DNA from: Cyanophora paradoxa CCMP329
Lineage: Eukaryota > Plantae > Glaucophyta
Length of the DNA stretch: 64,000 nucleotides
Direction: 5' to 3'
Assembly (NCBI GenBank): GCA_004431415.1
Contig: QPMI01000040.1
Coordinates: 452,322 to 516,321 of the forward strand
A program made the translations under genes and the position numbers. The notes below the pieces were generated by a model. The model saw only the letters and a program-made list of their open reading frames with translations, ran no database searches and was not told where the DNA came from. Position 1 is the first letter of the stretch. Each line of letters opens with the position of its first letter. Positions 1-11,300 of this stretch are shown in pieces.

Positions 1-3000
1 GAGGGGCCGCCGGAGCGGAACTGGGTCCCGGGGGGCAGCTATCCCCTCGACGTCTTCTCGTCCGCCGGCGTCAGCACGCAGCTGGCGTCGCTCTCGCTGC
101 TGCAGTTCCCACAGCTCACGCACGTCACCACCGTCGCCCCCGTCCTGCCCCTCGCCGCCGCGGGCAAGGGCAAGGCCCGCGCCGGCGCCCGGAGCCGGGG
201 CCTCCTCGGCGCCGCCGCGGCCGACCGCCTACTCTTCGCCAACTACAGCTGGCCCATCCCGCCGGGCACGCCCGACGGGCTTTACATCCTGCAGGCAGAC
301 GTCCACTCGGACGCCGTATCGGGGCAGTCGCCCCCCTTCTGCATCGGGCCCAACCCCTGCGCCCGTGCGCCCCCGCGGCCGGCCGCGCCCGCCCGCCCTT
401 CGAATTCTCGCACCGCTTTGATTCGCGTTGTATGACGTCCTATGATTTGCGCACCCAGCTGGCTTCGTCTTCCGCGCGCCGTACGCGGCGCCGGGGGCGC
501 TCGAGCTCCCACGCCTCACGATCGGGCGGCCGTACTCGATCCGCTGGGCGAGCGCCGGCGTGCCGAGGGGCGGGCTCGTGCAGATCTCCATCGCCAACCT
601 CGCAGACGGCAAGCCGATGCCGGTGTGCACGCGCTTCCCTCTAGATCTCTGCAGTCTTCTCGTCGTTGGTGCCACCTCTGCCTCCCTCTTCCTGAGTGGC
701 ATCCTTGCAGATCGCGGTGGTGGAGAACTCGTGGTCGTTCACGTTCGCGCCGAGCCCCGAGCTGACCCCCGGCGTGTACTACTTCGAACTCTCCGCGCAC
801 GTCGACGGCGCCCCCGTCCGCTCCGCCTCCACTCAGGTGCCCGGGCCCGGCCCCCGCCCGCCCGCGTTGATCATGAGCTCCGAATTCGGATTTCGCGCCC
901 CCCCATAGCTACCGGTCCCTTGATCAAGCGCGCCCGCAGTTTCTCCTCGAGCTGCCCGCGGCGTACCTCCTCTGGCGCCTGCCCGACGGCGCCACCGACT
1001 ACAGTGCGGGCGACCGCGTGCCTCTCCGGTACGGACCCGCCCGCGAACGAGGCCCCGCCGCCTCGGCCCGGCCCGCGAATTTCCGAATTTCCGCCCCGCC
1101 AGGTGGTACCTAGGCGGCGTCGGCGCGCTGGCGGTCGCCCTTCGGATCGTCCGCGTTGAGGATGGATACGCCAAGGTGCGCATTCAGTTTCCTTTTAAGC
1201 ATCTCCTGCGAGCCCTTAAGCGCCTCTTGACTGAGCGTGCCGCCAGATGATCTCGCTCTCTGCGCCCAACACGGGCTCGTATGCGTGGACCGTCGACGGC
1301 GACACGCCGCCCGGCCGGTACCGCATCGAGGCGCCTCCTCTTCCCTCCTCTCCCCGCGCTCTCTTCTCACCCATATGCATCCCACCGCCAGATCGGCGTG
1401 GATGGCTTCCGAGTCTCGGACACCAGCGCGGCCTTTGCCGTAGCCTCGCGGCCCGCCGTCCGCGTCGGGAGCCCCCCCACGGACCTCGTGCCGGGCCGCT
1501 CCTACCGGTGCGCTTTCCCCTCGCCCCCGCCCCCTTCGCTCACGTGCGCGCCGCGGGCCCGGGCAGGATCCAGTGGAGCTCTGCCGCGGTGCCCCGTGAG
1601 GCGGCCGCGTCGGTCGCCGTCGTGCCCATCGCCTCGGGCGCCCTCACACCGGCCCCCGCCATCGTGCGCTCCCCCCTGGCCTGGGCCCGCACCCCCCTCC
1701 ACCTCCTCCGCCGCCGCCGTCGAGCGCATCGAGCGCAGAAGTTGGAGACGACCAACGCGGAGCGGGAGCTCGAGTGGGCGCTGCCCGCGCAACTCGTGCC
1801 GGGGCAGTACCGCATCGAAGTCTCCCTCGCCTTCAGCGGCGCCGTCGCGGCGGCGGGCAGCAGCGCGCCGTTCCGCGTCGTGACCGGTGCGCGCGTTTCG
1901 GGCTCGCGACGCTGAATGCAAATAATAATAATCGAATCTGCGATGAGCCGTCAGCCCCCGCCACGCCGGACCCGTGCATCGGCCGCCCCCCGACGGTCTC
2001 TGCGAGCATCCGCGAGGTCGTGTCGAGCACTGGTGCGCGCTGCCTCGTCTCGCAGGCGGGCGGCCGCAGGAACGTCGAACTCACGCTCCGGATTGCAGGC
2101 CCCGCCCGCGAGATCACGTTCGAGTCGGGCCGCAACGAGGCGGAGCTCGACGCGACGGGCACGGCCACTTGCGACGGCGCCCCCGCCGCCCTCCGCTGGG
2201 CGGAGGTCGACCCCCTCGACCCGCGGCGCCCCGCCCTAGTCGAGGCGCCCACCGCCGCGAAGACGGCCGTTCGGAGGCTCCGCGTCGGCCTCTCCACGTC
2301 CGCGCCCCGTCCCGCCCCGCCCCGCGCGACTTTGCTGTCCGCGTCGACCGTGCGCTGACGGCGCGCGGTCGCGATCGCGATCGCGAGTCCAGGTTCCGGC
2401 TCACGGCGACGGACAGGCTCGGGCAGAGCGCCAGCGCCGAAGTGTCCATCCGCCTCCTCCACCGCCACAGTCCGCCCGTTTGATTGTTCGATGATCTCAA
2501 AGCTTACAAGCGCGGAACACATATATACAAATTAAAGCTGCTTAACTTGGGCTTAAGCTTGCAGATACAGCTCTATATATCGCACTCTGACGCGGCCCTT
2601 GCGCGCGCACAGCGGTGATGGCGGTGCTCTGCCTTGGGGCGCCCCACGGGCTCTCCCTCAACGAGTCGGACGCCCGGGCCCTCTTCGAGGCGGGCCTCGG
2701 CCCCTTCCTGGGGCGCCCCGCCCCCGCAGCCTCCTTCGCGGCCGTCCGCGCCGTCCGCTGCCCCGGAGCGGAGGCATCGGCGGCCATCTCCGCGCAGCTC
2801 CCGGCGATTCCGGGCGCGCACGCGGCGCTCGCCCCGGCCCGGCCACCCGATGTCGATCCTTCGTCGGCTGACGCGCGCGTGCAGGCCTCACGGGGACGGA
2901 GGTGGCGCAGGCCCTCTCCCGGATGCAGCCGGCGGACTGGGAGCGCCTCGCCGTGCCCGCGCCGGCCCCCGTCACGCGCCTCCTCATCGACACCGAGGCC

Positions 3001-6000
3001 GCGTACGGTGCGCGCAAACCGCCGCGAAAGCCGCCGCGAAAGCCGCCGCGAAAACCGCCGCGAAAACCGCCGCGAAAACCGCCGCGAAAACCGCCGCGAA
3101 AACCGCCGCGAAAGCTTACACCGCCGCGAAAATCGCCGACTCGCGATCGCCGGGCGCAGCGAACGAGCCGCCCGGCGCGCCCGTCCTCTCGTTCGTCCCC
3201 GCCTCCCGCCTCAACGTCCTCCTGGTCAACAAGCGGACCAAGCGAGCCAGCGTGGAGGTGCTGGTGGCGGCGCGGGACCGGCCGCCCGGCGTCGTCGCCG
3301 CGTACGAGTGGACGCTTGGGGGCGAGCTGCAGGCCTCAGCGGCCCCCTCGCTGAGCCTCTCGCTGGGCGTGGGCGAGTACACGGTGCGGGCTCTGGCCGT
3401 CGACGATGAGAACGCGTACGCGGAGAGTGACGGCCTCGTCATCCGAGTGCTGGACGAGTACGGCTGCAATGCCGCGAAGGAGATCGTCGTCGCGCTGGAC
3501 GCGGCCGCCTCCCCGGCCGCCGCCGCCGCCATGACTGGCTTCCTGCGGCAGCTCCTGCGGCCGTTCTTCCTGCAGAGCGCCGACACCTACGTGACCGTGG
3601 TCCGGTACAGCCTCGCCCCCGCCGGCGCCGCCCGCATCGCCATCGCGCGGGGTGAGGCGATGGCCGTCCATGACGCCATCGGGCGCGACCCCGCGCTCGT
3701 CGCCGCGGACGCCGACCCCTCCGTGCCTCGGCTGGCGGCCCCCGCCATCAACGCAAGCGCGGCGGCGGCGGCGGCGGCGGCGGCGGAGCGCCCCGGCGTC
3801 GTCAGCTCGATCATTCTCGTCTCCTTTGGGGAGCCCCTCGACGGCCCCGCCGCCCTCAACGCCAGCGCCCTCGCCCGCCTAAGCAGCAACGCGCGCCCGC
3901 CCCCAGGCTAGGCTCGCCTCGCGCCTCGGGCTCCACTGAACGCGGGGCGGCGCAGGTGTACGTGGTGCCGGCGGTCGATAGCCGGCGCTCCTTCCCGCTC
4001 GGCTTCGATCTCTTCCGGCAACTCGCGACGCAGCCAAACGCGACGAGCGTGCAGCCCGCCACGCTTGAGCTCCAGGAGGAGCTGCAGCGCGCCGCCGCCC
4101 GCCTCGCGGAGGTTGTCTGCGAGGGGCGCGCCCTGCCCGGCGGCAACGTCGCGCTCGGCAAGCGCATCGGGGACGTGATTACGGTGCCCATCGCCTCGCC
4201 TCGAGCTCGCCCCGTTCGCAGCGTCGCGCAGGCCGGCGTCGACCGAGCCCCGCGCGCAGGCCGGGGTCGCGGCGTCCGTCGCGGTCGGCGTGATCGCCGC
4301 CTCCGGGTCCGGGGGCGGCGGCGCCGGCATCGGCTTTGGCTCTGTCGTCGGTCCCCTCGCGCAGTCCCAGGTACCCCCTCTCCACATCCCCCCCCCCCCT
4401 CAAATCCCGCTCACCCGGGCGGCAGGCGATCGCGGCAAACGGGTACCTCGGCGCGCAGCTACCTCCGGGGTACAACGCGACGGCCTTCGCCGTCGACTGG
4501 ACCCTCCTGTTCCTCGGCTCGTTCTGGCAGCAGAACAAGACGGGCTTCGGCGCGACCGTCGCGGGCGGCCAGGGCCCGCGGAGGCGCGGCCTGCGCGGCG
4601 TCGACTCGTTCACGCGGGAGGTGGGGGGGGAGATCGGTCGGCCCTTACTGGAGGAGAACATGTGCACACACGCGTCCCGCTCGAATTCCCCCCGAATTCG
4701 AATGTACCCCGGCCGCGCCCGCCCGCCCACCCGACGCTCGTGCTCCCGACAGGATCTGGACGGGCTGCCTCCTCGTGCTGGTGACGGGCCTGCAGGGGGC
4801 CGTCTTCGCCGCCTCCCGCGCCCTCCGGAGGCCCTTCCCCAGGATGTTCTGGTTCCTAAAGCCCCAGCTCTCCGTCATCTACGTCGCGTACGAGGCGCGC
4901 CCCGCGCCCTGCGTTACAGATTATAATCATTGAATTATACGATATCGAGCTTAGAAACTCACACAAACCAACGTGACAAATCTCGGATTGGCCTGGCGGC
5001 CCTAAGCTACTAACTGAAAGTGATTTCTTGCAGGGCTTCGTGATCGCCGCGGCGGTCACGGCCGGCTTCAACCCCGCTGCCCGCATTACCGCCACCTGCC
5101 TCCTCGCGCGCCCCGCCCCCCCCCCCCCCCCCCCCCGCCCTCCTCTGAGCGTACCCCCCAGGTCGTCCTCGTGGGAGCCTTCACGATCTCGGCCGCGGGC
5201 GCTGTCTTCTGGTTCCTCAAGTACCGCAAGCGCATCCGCTGGTCGCCGCACGCGGAGCCGGAGTGGGGCCGCCTCTGGCGCGGCGCGTCGCTCGAGGAGG
5301 ACGAGGCGGAGCTGAGCAAGGCGGACCGGCTCGTGGCGCTGCCGCAGAGCGTGCAGGCATTCGCGTGGCGCGCGCGGCAGGTCATGCTCCACCGGCAGCT
5401 CAGCGCGGGCGGCGCGGGGGCGTTCCGTGCGGTCGCCCAGATGGGGCTCGCGCGGACCACCTCGCGCAGTGCCTGCGACACGTCGACCCATGGCCAGCGC
5501 AGCGCGGCCAGCGAGGCCTGTACCCCGCGCAGCGCCAGCGGTGCCTGTACCCCGCGCGGCGCCGGCGCGCCGGCGGGCCCTGCAGTCTCGCTCAAGTGGG
5601 GCAAGGCCGGCGCCGCGGCACTCGAACAGCGGTCGGCGAGCGCCCCGCCGGCGCCGGCGACCCCGAAGCTCGTCCCCATGGGGGATCCGGAGGAGGCCCG
5701 CGACCCGAGCCCGCCGAAGCTGCTCCTCGCGGATCCACCGCACGTGCAGCCGGCGGGGCCGGGGGGCGAGATCCTGCGCCCCCGCGTCCGGATCAATTCT
5801 ATGTGCCAGGTGCTGCCAATCCCGAGCGGCGGGCACGACGTCGACGTCGACCCCGTCGACGCCGATGGCGGCGGGACGGCGAGCGAGGAGCTCGAGGCGC
5901 GCTCGGCCGAGAGCGCGGCCGCGGGCGCGGGCGCGGGGGCCAAGAAGAGGGATCCCGTCACGCTACTAAAGCTGCGCATGCACCTCCTCGCGACCTGGTG

Positions 6001-7750
6001 CGCCGCGCCGACGCCGGCGCCGCCGCGCCGCCACTCGAGCTCAGCCGCCCTGACCGCGATCGGCGGGGCCCCCCTCAGGCTGAACTGGGAGCGGGGCATC
6101 TGTGCGCCCTGCCCTCGCGATGGGCCCTGGGCCTGCGCTCCGCCGGCCTGCCCGCACGCGCTGAGGCCCCGCAGGGGTACTCGACGACGGCTCGCAGGAT
6201 CCCGGAGGCTCGAACGCGAGGAGGGAGCTCAAAGGGCGCACCATCGTCTGGTCCTGTGCGCCTCCAAGCGCCCCCTCCCCCGGCCCGGCCCGGCGGCCCC
6301 GCCCCGCGACGCCTCACGGGCGCCGCGCAGCGGAGAGCTTCATGTACACTTTTGACATATTCTTCGCTTCCTTCCGTGGGGACAACGTCGGCATGTGTAC
6401 GTCCCTTCGATTCGGGGTTTCGGGTGCCCCGCGATCGGCCCGAGCCCCACCCAGGGTACGGGATCTTCGACCTTGTGCACAAGGCGATCTCCGCCCTCGT
6501 GACGGGTGCGCATGCGGATCCGCTGCGGCGGTACCCGGTGGCCGCCCGCGCCCCCCGCCCACTCGTTTCGCGCCGTACCCCCGCAGGCCTCGTGGTGGAC
6601 CCCGCCACCGTCGCCGACGGTGGCCCCGGCGCCTTCTCGTACGCCGCCGTCCAGGTAACCCCCCCCCCCCCCCCCCCCCCCCTTCCCCTCCCGCGCCCCG
6701 CGGACGCACGCGACCGCCGGGCGCCGGCCGGCAGATCTCGATCCTGCTCGCGATGAACGCCCTCGAGATCGCCTTCGTCCTCGTCGTCCTTCCCTTCCGG
6801 CGCGCGCGCCTCCTCGAGCTCTCCCCGCGGCCATGGCCAGGCGCCCGCGGCTGCACATGCGCTGAGCCCGGCCCCCCGCAGGGAGTGGATCGAGAACGGG
6901 GTGCAGGTCCTCGCCGTCGCGTGCCAGGCGCGCCCCGCCCCCGCCCCCAGTTCTTTGCAGCGCCGGCCGCCCAGCTGCAGAGTGACGCGCCACGCGCAGA
7001 GCGCCGTGCTGGCGCTGCTGCTGGCGGCGACGGCGGACCCGTGGAGCCCGCGCGTCCCCGCCATGTCCCTCGCCTCCTCCCTCCTCTCCGCCGCCTCGGT
7101 CGGCCTCGTGCTGGCGAACCAAGTCCGCGCCGAGCGCGACCTCTTCCGCCGCGCCCTCCGCTGGCTCGCCCGCCCCCTGCCCAAGCGGGGCACGATCGCG
7201 AGCCCGCGCGCGCGGCCGGGGCCGTCGACGTCGACGTCGGAGGACGGCTCGAAACTTAAACCGTGGGGTACCAGTGCTGTGGCGGCCATGGCCAGCGGCG
7301 GCGGTGGCCATGGCACGCAAAGCCCGCGCGACTCCCCGCGCGAGGTCCTCCCCGGCTTCCACCGGCGCGCCCCAGCCGCGTCCTCGCAGTGGGACGCCGG
7401 CGGCGCCCATGGCCAGGTGCGCCGCCCGTGGCCATGGCCTGCCTGAGGTGGCGCTGAGGCCGCCGCGCAGGGGCCGCCCTCCGCGCCGGAGGCGGACCTG
7501 GTGGTTGAGGACGTAGAGGTGCTCGACCGGATCGCGCGCCCCGCTACGCCCGCGCGCCTCCGCGCCGGCACCGGCGGGCGGTCGAGGTGCGTTCCGGGAT
7601 CCCCCGCGCCCGCCGCGCCCGCCCGCCGCCGCGCCGCGCCTCTCATCGGCGCGCGGCAGCCCGCGGAGCGCCGCGACGGTCACCGCGCCCCCGAACGAGG
7701 ACGAGGCGCGCCCCGCGGGGTACAGCGCCAAGCACATTGTCGTGATGTAG
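1..7750 (+). CDS. Large multi-exon membrane protein (5' end outside window): repeated Ig-like beta-sandwich domains, PKD-like domains, degenerate VWA domain, then FLC/TRP-like multi-TM region
   Basis: Most exons join in frame through G[T/C]..AG introns. Repeated motifs NYSWPIP..PDGLYILQ, NSWSFTF..TPGVYYFE, NTGSYAWTV..PPGRYRI, ELEWALP..PGQYRIE; PKD-like VVAAYEWTL..LSLGVGEYTVRALAVD; VWA-like EIVVALDAAAS..FLRQLLRPF..TYVTVVRYS; TM part QAIAANGYLGAQLPPGY..FAVDW and FDLVHKAISALVTG..QISILLAMNALEIAFVLVVLPF. Stop TAG at 7748-7750. Not every junction was verified. Confidence 0.7.
3018..3131 (+). repeat. 12-bp minisatellite (ACCGCCGCGAAA, about 9 copies) inside an intron
   Basis: Directly visible tandem array between donor GTGCGC (about 3008) and acceptor CAG (about 3159). 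Confidence 0.9.
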
Positions 7751-8393
7751 ACTAGCTATAGTATACGTAGGGGTACAGCACTTCGCATTCGCAGGACGTA
7801 CTATTCCCGGAATGCTGCAGCACAGTATTTATTAAATTTCGAAATCATCGGATAGTGCTTTTTTTTGTTTCAGATACGTATATATATTTATACTTGGAGG
7901 GGCGACTCCCCCAATAGGGCCGTCCCCTGTAGCTCTAGATGTACAGTTTCAAGTTTTCAACTTTTTGAAGCCTTTAATGGACCGAAGACCGGAATCGATA
8001 GCGATGATCGTCAGCTACGCCCGCGGGGCATTAATATATTCCAATGATTGGTCCCTATGGTCATGGGTTCCGGAACGCTGACACGACGCTCGCGATCGAC
8101 GACGAGCAGAGGCATGCGTAGTTCGTGACTGTTCGTCGCCACGTGCACCGTGCACGTCGGCAGTCCAAGTTCGGATACGTATACTATAGTCGTATGCTGC
8201 ATATTTATACACTACTATGATAGCCTGGTTCTAGATCTGGCCATGAGATCCTGATTTTCGGAAGTATGATTGGACTGTACATGCACCGTAGCACTGCAGC
8301 TATACATGTTTGCCGGTATCCCATTCCCCGCCCACCCTATGCCGCCCCCCTGACATCCATCCGGGGCAGCCCGCCCGGCGGCCCGCCGGCTGC

Positions 8394-11300
8394 TCAGGTC
8401 GCGCGCCCGCCGGCCGCCGCGAGCCGCCGGATGTGCTCCGCGAAGCTGCGCATGCGGCGGCTCGGCTCGGATCTGCGCGCGTACGGGGCGGGGCGGGGCG
8501 GGGCGGGCGCGCCTGGAGTTCTTGATGAGGTCCTCGAGGTCGCAGTGCACGCGGAAGGCCCAGTTGTGCTGCGGGCCCCTGCCCGCCCCGCCCCGACTTA
8601 GCCGGGCCTCGCAGGGAAAGAGGGCCGGAGTGGACGGACCCGAGCTCGGGGGCGTTGATCTGCTCCTCGGCGGGGTGCCCCGGGCGCCTCGCGTCGGCCC
8701 GCACGGCCATGAGGTCCTGGATGGGGAAGACGGCCCACATCGAGGAGCCGGCCATGTGCGCCGCCACCACCTAAGGAAAAGACGTAGGCGTGAGCCGCCA
8801 GCTAGCTAGCTCTCGGGGGGCGGGGGGCGGGGGCGGGCCTTCTCGGCGAGCCAGGGCTCGCAGAACTGGGGCGCGGGGCCCGGGGCGCGGAGGACCTCGT
8901 TGAGGAGGCGCTGCCGCTGGCTGGCGTCGAGGCGCTCCCACCAGAGCCGCAGCGGCGCCGTGTCGTGCGTCGACGTGCTGCACACCGTCCCGTACCTGAG
9001 GACAGGCGTGAGCGAGCGGCGAGGGGGTGCTGGGGGGCCGGGCGGGCGGGCGGGCGAACGGGTAGCGCGAGGGGTCGCCGAAGGGCTCCGGACCCGTCGG
9101 GAACCTGCGGCGGGGTACGGTTTGAAGGCCGGGGACAGGGAGGGGGGCGGCGGGGGGTACGGGGCGCGCCGCTGGATGCGGAGGCCCAGGATCGAGTGCC
9201 GGTCCAGCGTCCGCGGCACGCAGGCCGGGATCATCCCTGCCGGGGGTATCGATTTCATCGATTTTTGCGGAGGGGATGGAGAGGGGAGGGGTACCGAGGT
9301 CCTCGGCGAAGGCGAGCATGGGGCTGGCCGCCTGCGCGCGCTCAGAGGCTAATTGGGGGTGGGGGAGAAGGCCGGGGGGTAGGCCCGCCTTAAGCATTGG
9401 GAGCTTCTCGTCGGCGCTCGCCTCCCACGTCGCGTCCTGCCTGCGGGGGTACGGGATTAGACCGAGGGAGGGGGGGGGGAAGGAAGGCCCCCGGGGTACG
9501 GCCGCCGCACCGGCGCCAGCAGTAGTCGTCGGCGAGCTTGGCGAGGGCTGGCTTCCAGGCGGCAGGGAGCTCCGCGAACGAGCGCGAGTCCTGCTCACGC
9601 ACGCGCCGGCCGCCTCAGCGGGGGCCCGGGCCGGGGCCGGGGGCGCCTGGCGGGCGGGCCTGGATGCGGAAGCGGGGGTGGAAGGCCTTCGGGTCCTCGT
9701 CGTCCTGCCCGGGGGGTACGCGGTCGATTTGGGCCGGGGGTACGCGATCATCGGACGAACGGGGATGAGGACGACGGATCCGAGGGCGGCGAGGAGGGTC
9801 TCGAGCGTGTAGTCGCGCTCGCGCCGCTCGGCGTCGGTCGCCCACGCCGGCAGCCGGTCCAGCTCCTTGAAAATCTTCTCCTCTGATGATCACATATCGC
9901 ATTAGAAGATTATATTAGATTAGTATCCATCCTGTTAACAGGCACCGGTGTCGAAGCAGGGCTTGAAGCGGAGGCGGTCGCCGCCCGCGGGGGCCGCCTC
10001 GAACCACTTGGCGAGGACGTCCCCCGCGCGCCCGCCGAAGGCCTCCTCGACGTGCTGCCGCCGCACGAACGGCGCGCTCAGGCGCTCCAGCTCCGCGGGG
10101 GACGTCCTGCGCCCGGTCGGCGGGGCGGCGGGGCGGGCGGGCGGGCGGGCGCACCCGACGCCGGCGGCGGCGAGCTCGGCGACCGAGAGGGGCCGCGCGG
10201 GGCGGAAGCGGCCCATGAGGCCCCGCACGCAGCTCCCGGGCACCTGCGCGCAGCGACCGTCAGCTCGAGGCGGGGCGAGGCCCGGCCGGGCGGATCTCTA
10301 AATATAGATCGCGGGGGTACGCGCCTCGTAGATGCGGAAGAAGCCGAGCACGTGGTCGATGCGGTACGCGTCGAAGTACTGAGCCATGTGCTGCGCGCCG
10401 GCGGGGTCAGCTGAGAGCGAGAGACGGGTCGGAGGCTCGCTCGCCTGCATGCGGCGGCGCCACCAGCTGAAGCCGGCGGCGCGCATGGCGCCCCAGTCGT
10501 ACGTGGGGAGGCCCCACTGCTGTCCCCAGAAGGAGCCGCCGTCGGGCGGCGCCCCCGCGCTCGTGTCCATCTTGAAGAGCTCCGGGTGCACCCTGCGAGG
10601 AGCCTTTCTCAGGGGTACTGCAGCGCTCGGCTTCGAAGAGAACGACAAGGGGTACCAGGTGTCGACGCAGAAGCGGCCGACGCCGATGGGGAGGTCCCCC
10701 TTGAGGCCGACGCCGCGGGCGCGGGCGTGCCGCGAGGCCTCCAGCAGCTGCCGGTGCGCGTGCCACTGCGCCCACGCCCAGAACTCCACGTCCGCCGCCT
10801 CCGCCGGGCACGCCCGCGCAGCCGGAGCCGGAGCCGGAGCCGGAGCCGCCTCCTCGGCGGCGGCCTCGGGGGGTACGTCGACCGCGGACGTCATCGCGTA
10901 CACCTCGGCGAGGGTCGGGTGCACGAGGCCGGCGCCCCACTGCGGACCGCGTCAGGGGCTACAGGGAACGGAGCGGGGGTACGGGGGCGGACCGCGGTGT
11001 AGTCGCACGTCTTCTTGGCCTCGCGCAGCGCCGAGAAGAGGGCGTACGGCATCAGCCAGTCCCGGTTCGCGGACTGGTACCCCCCTTCCGTCTCAGCCGG
11101 GGGTAGGGAATCTAAAGGGGGGAAGGGAGAAGGGGGTACGCGCCTTGAACGCGCGGTACTCCGGGTCCTGGACCTGCGCCCCGCGCATTTCCTCGAAGGC
11201 GCGCTGCGGTACCCCCTGTCAGGGCGGGAGGGGGGGGAGAAGGAATGTGGAAGGGGGGTAGGGGCACCCGGAGAAGTCCCATCTTGGCGCCCTGGACGGC

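Noticed and set aside
5055-5161. Additional GC donor at 5061
   Set aside because: An in-phase GT donor at 5055 explains the junction equally well, so it was not counted.
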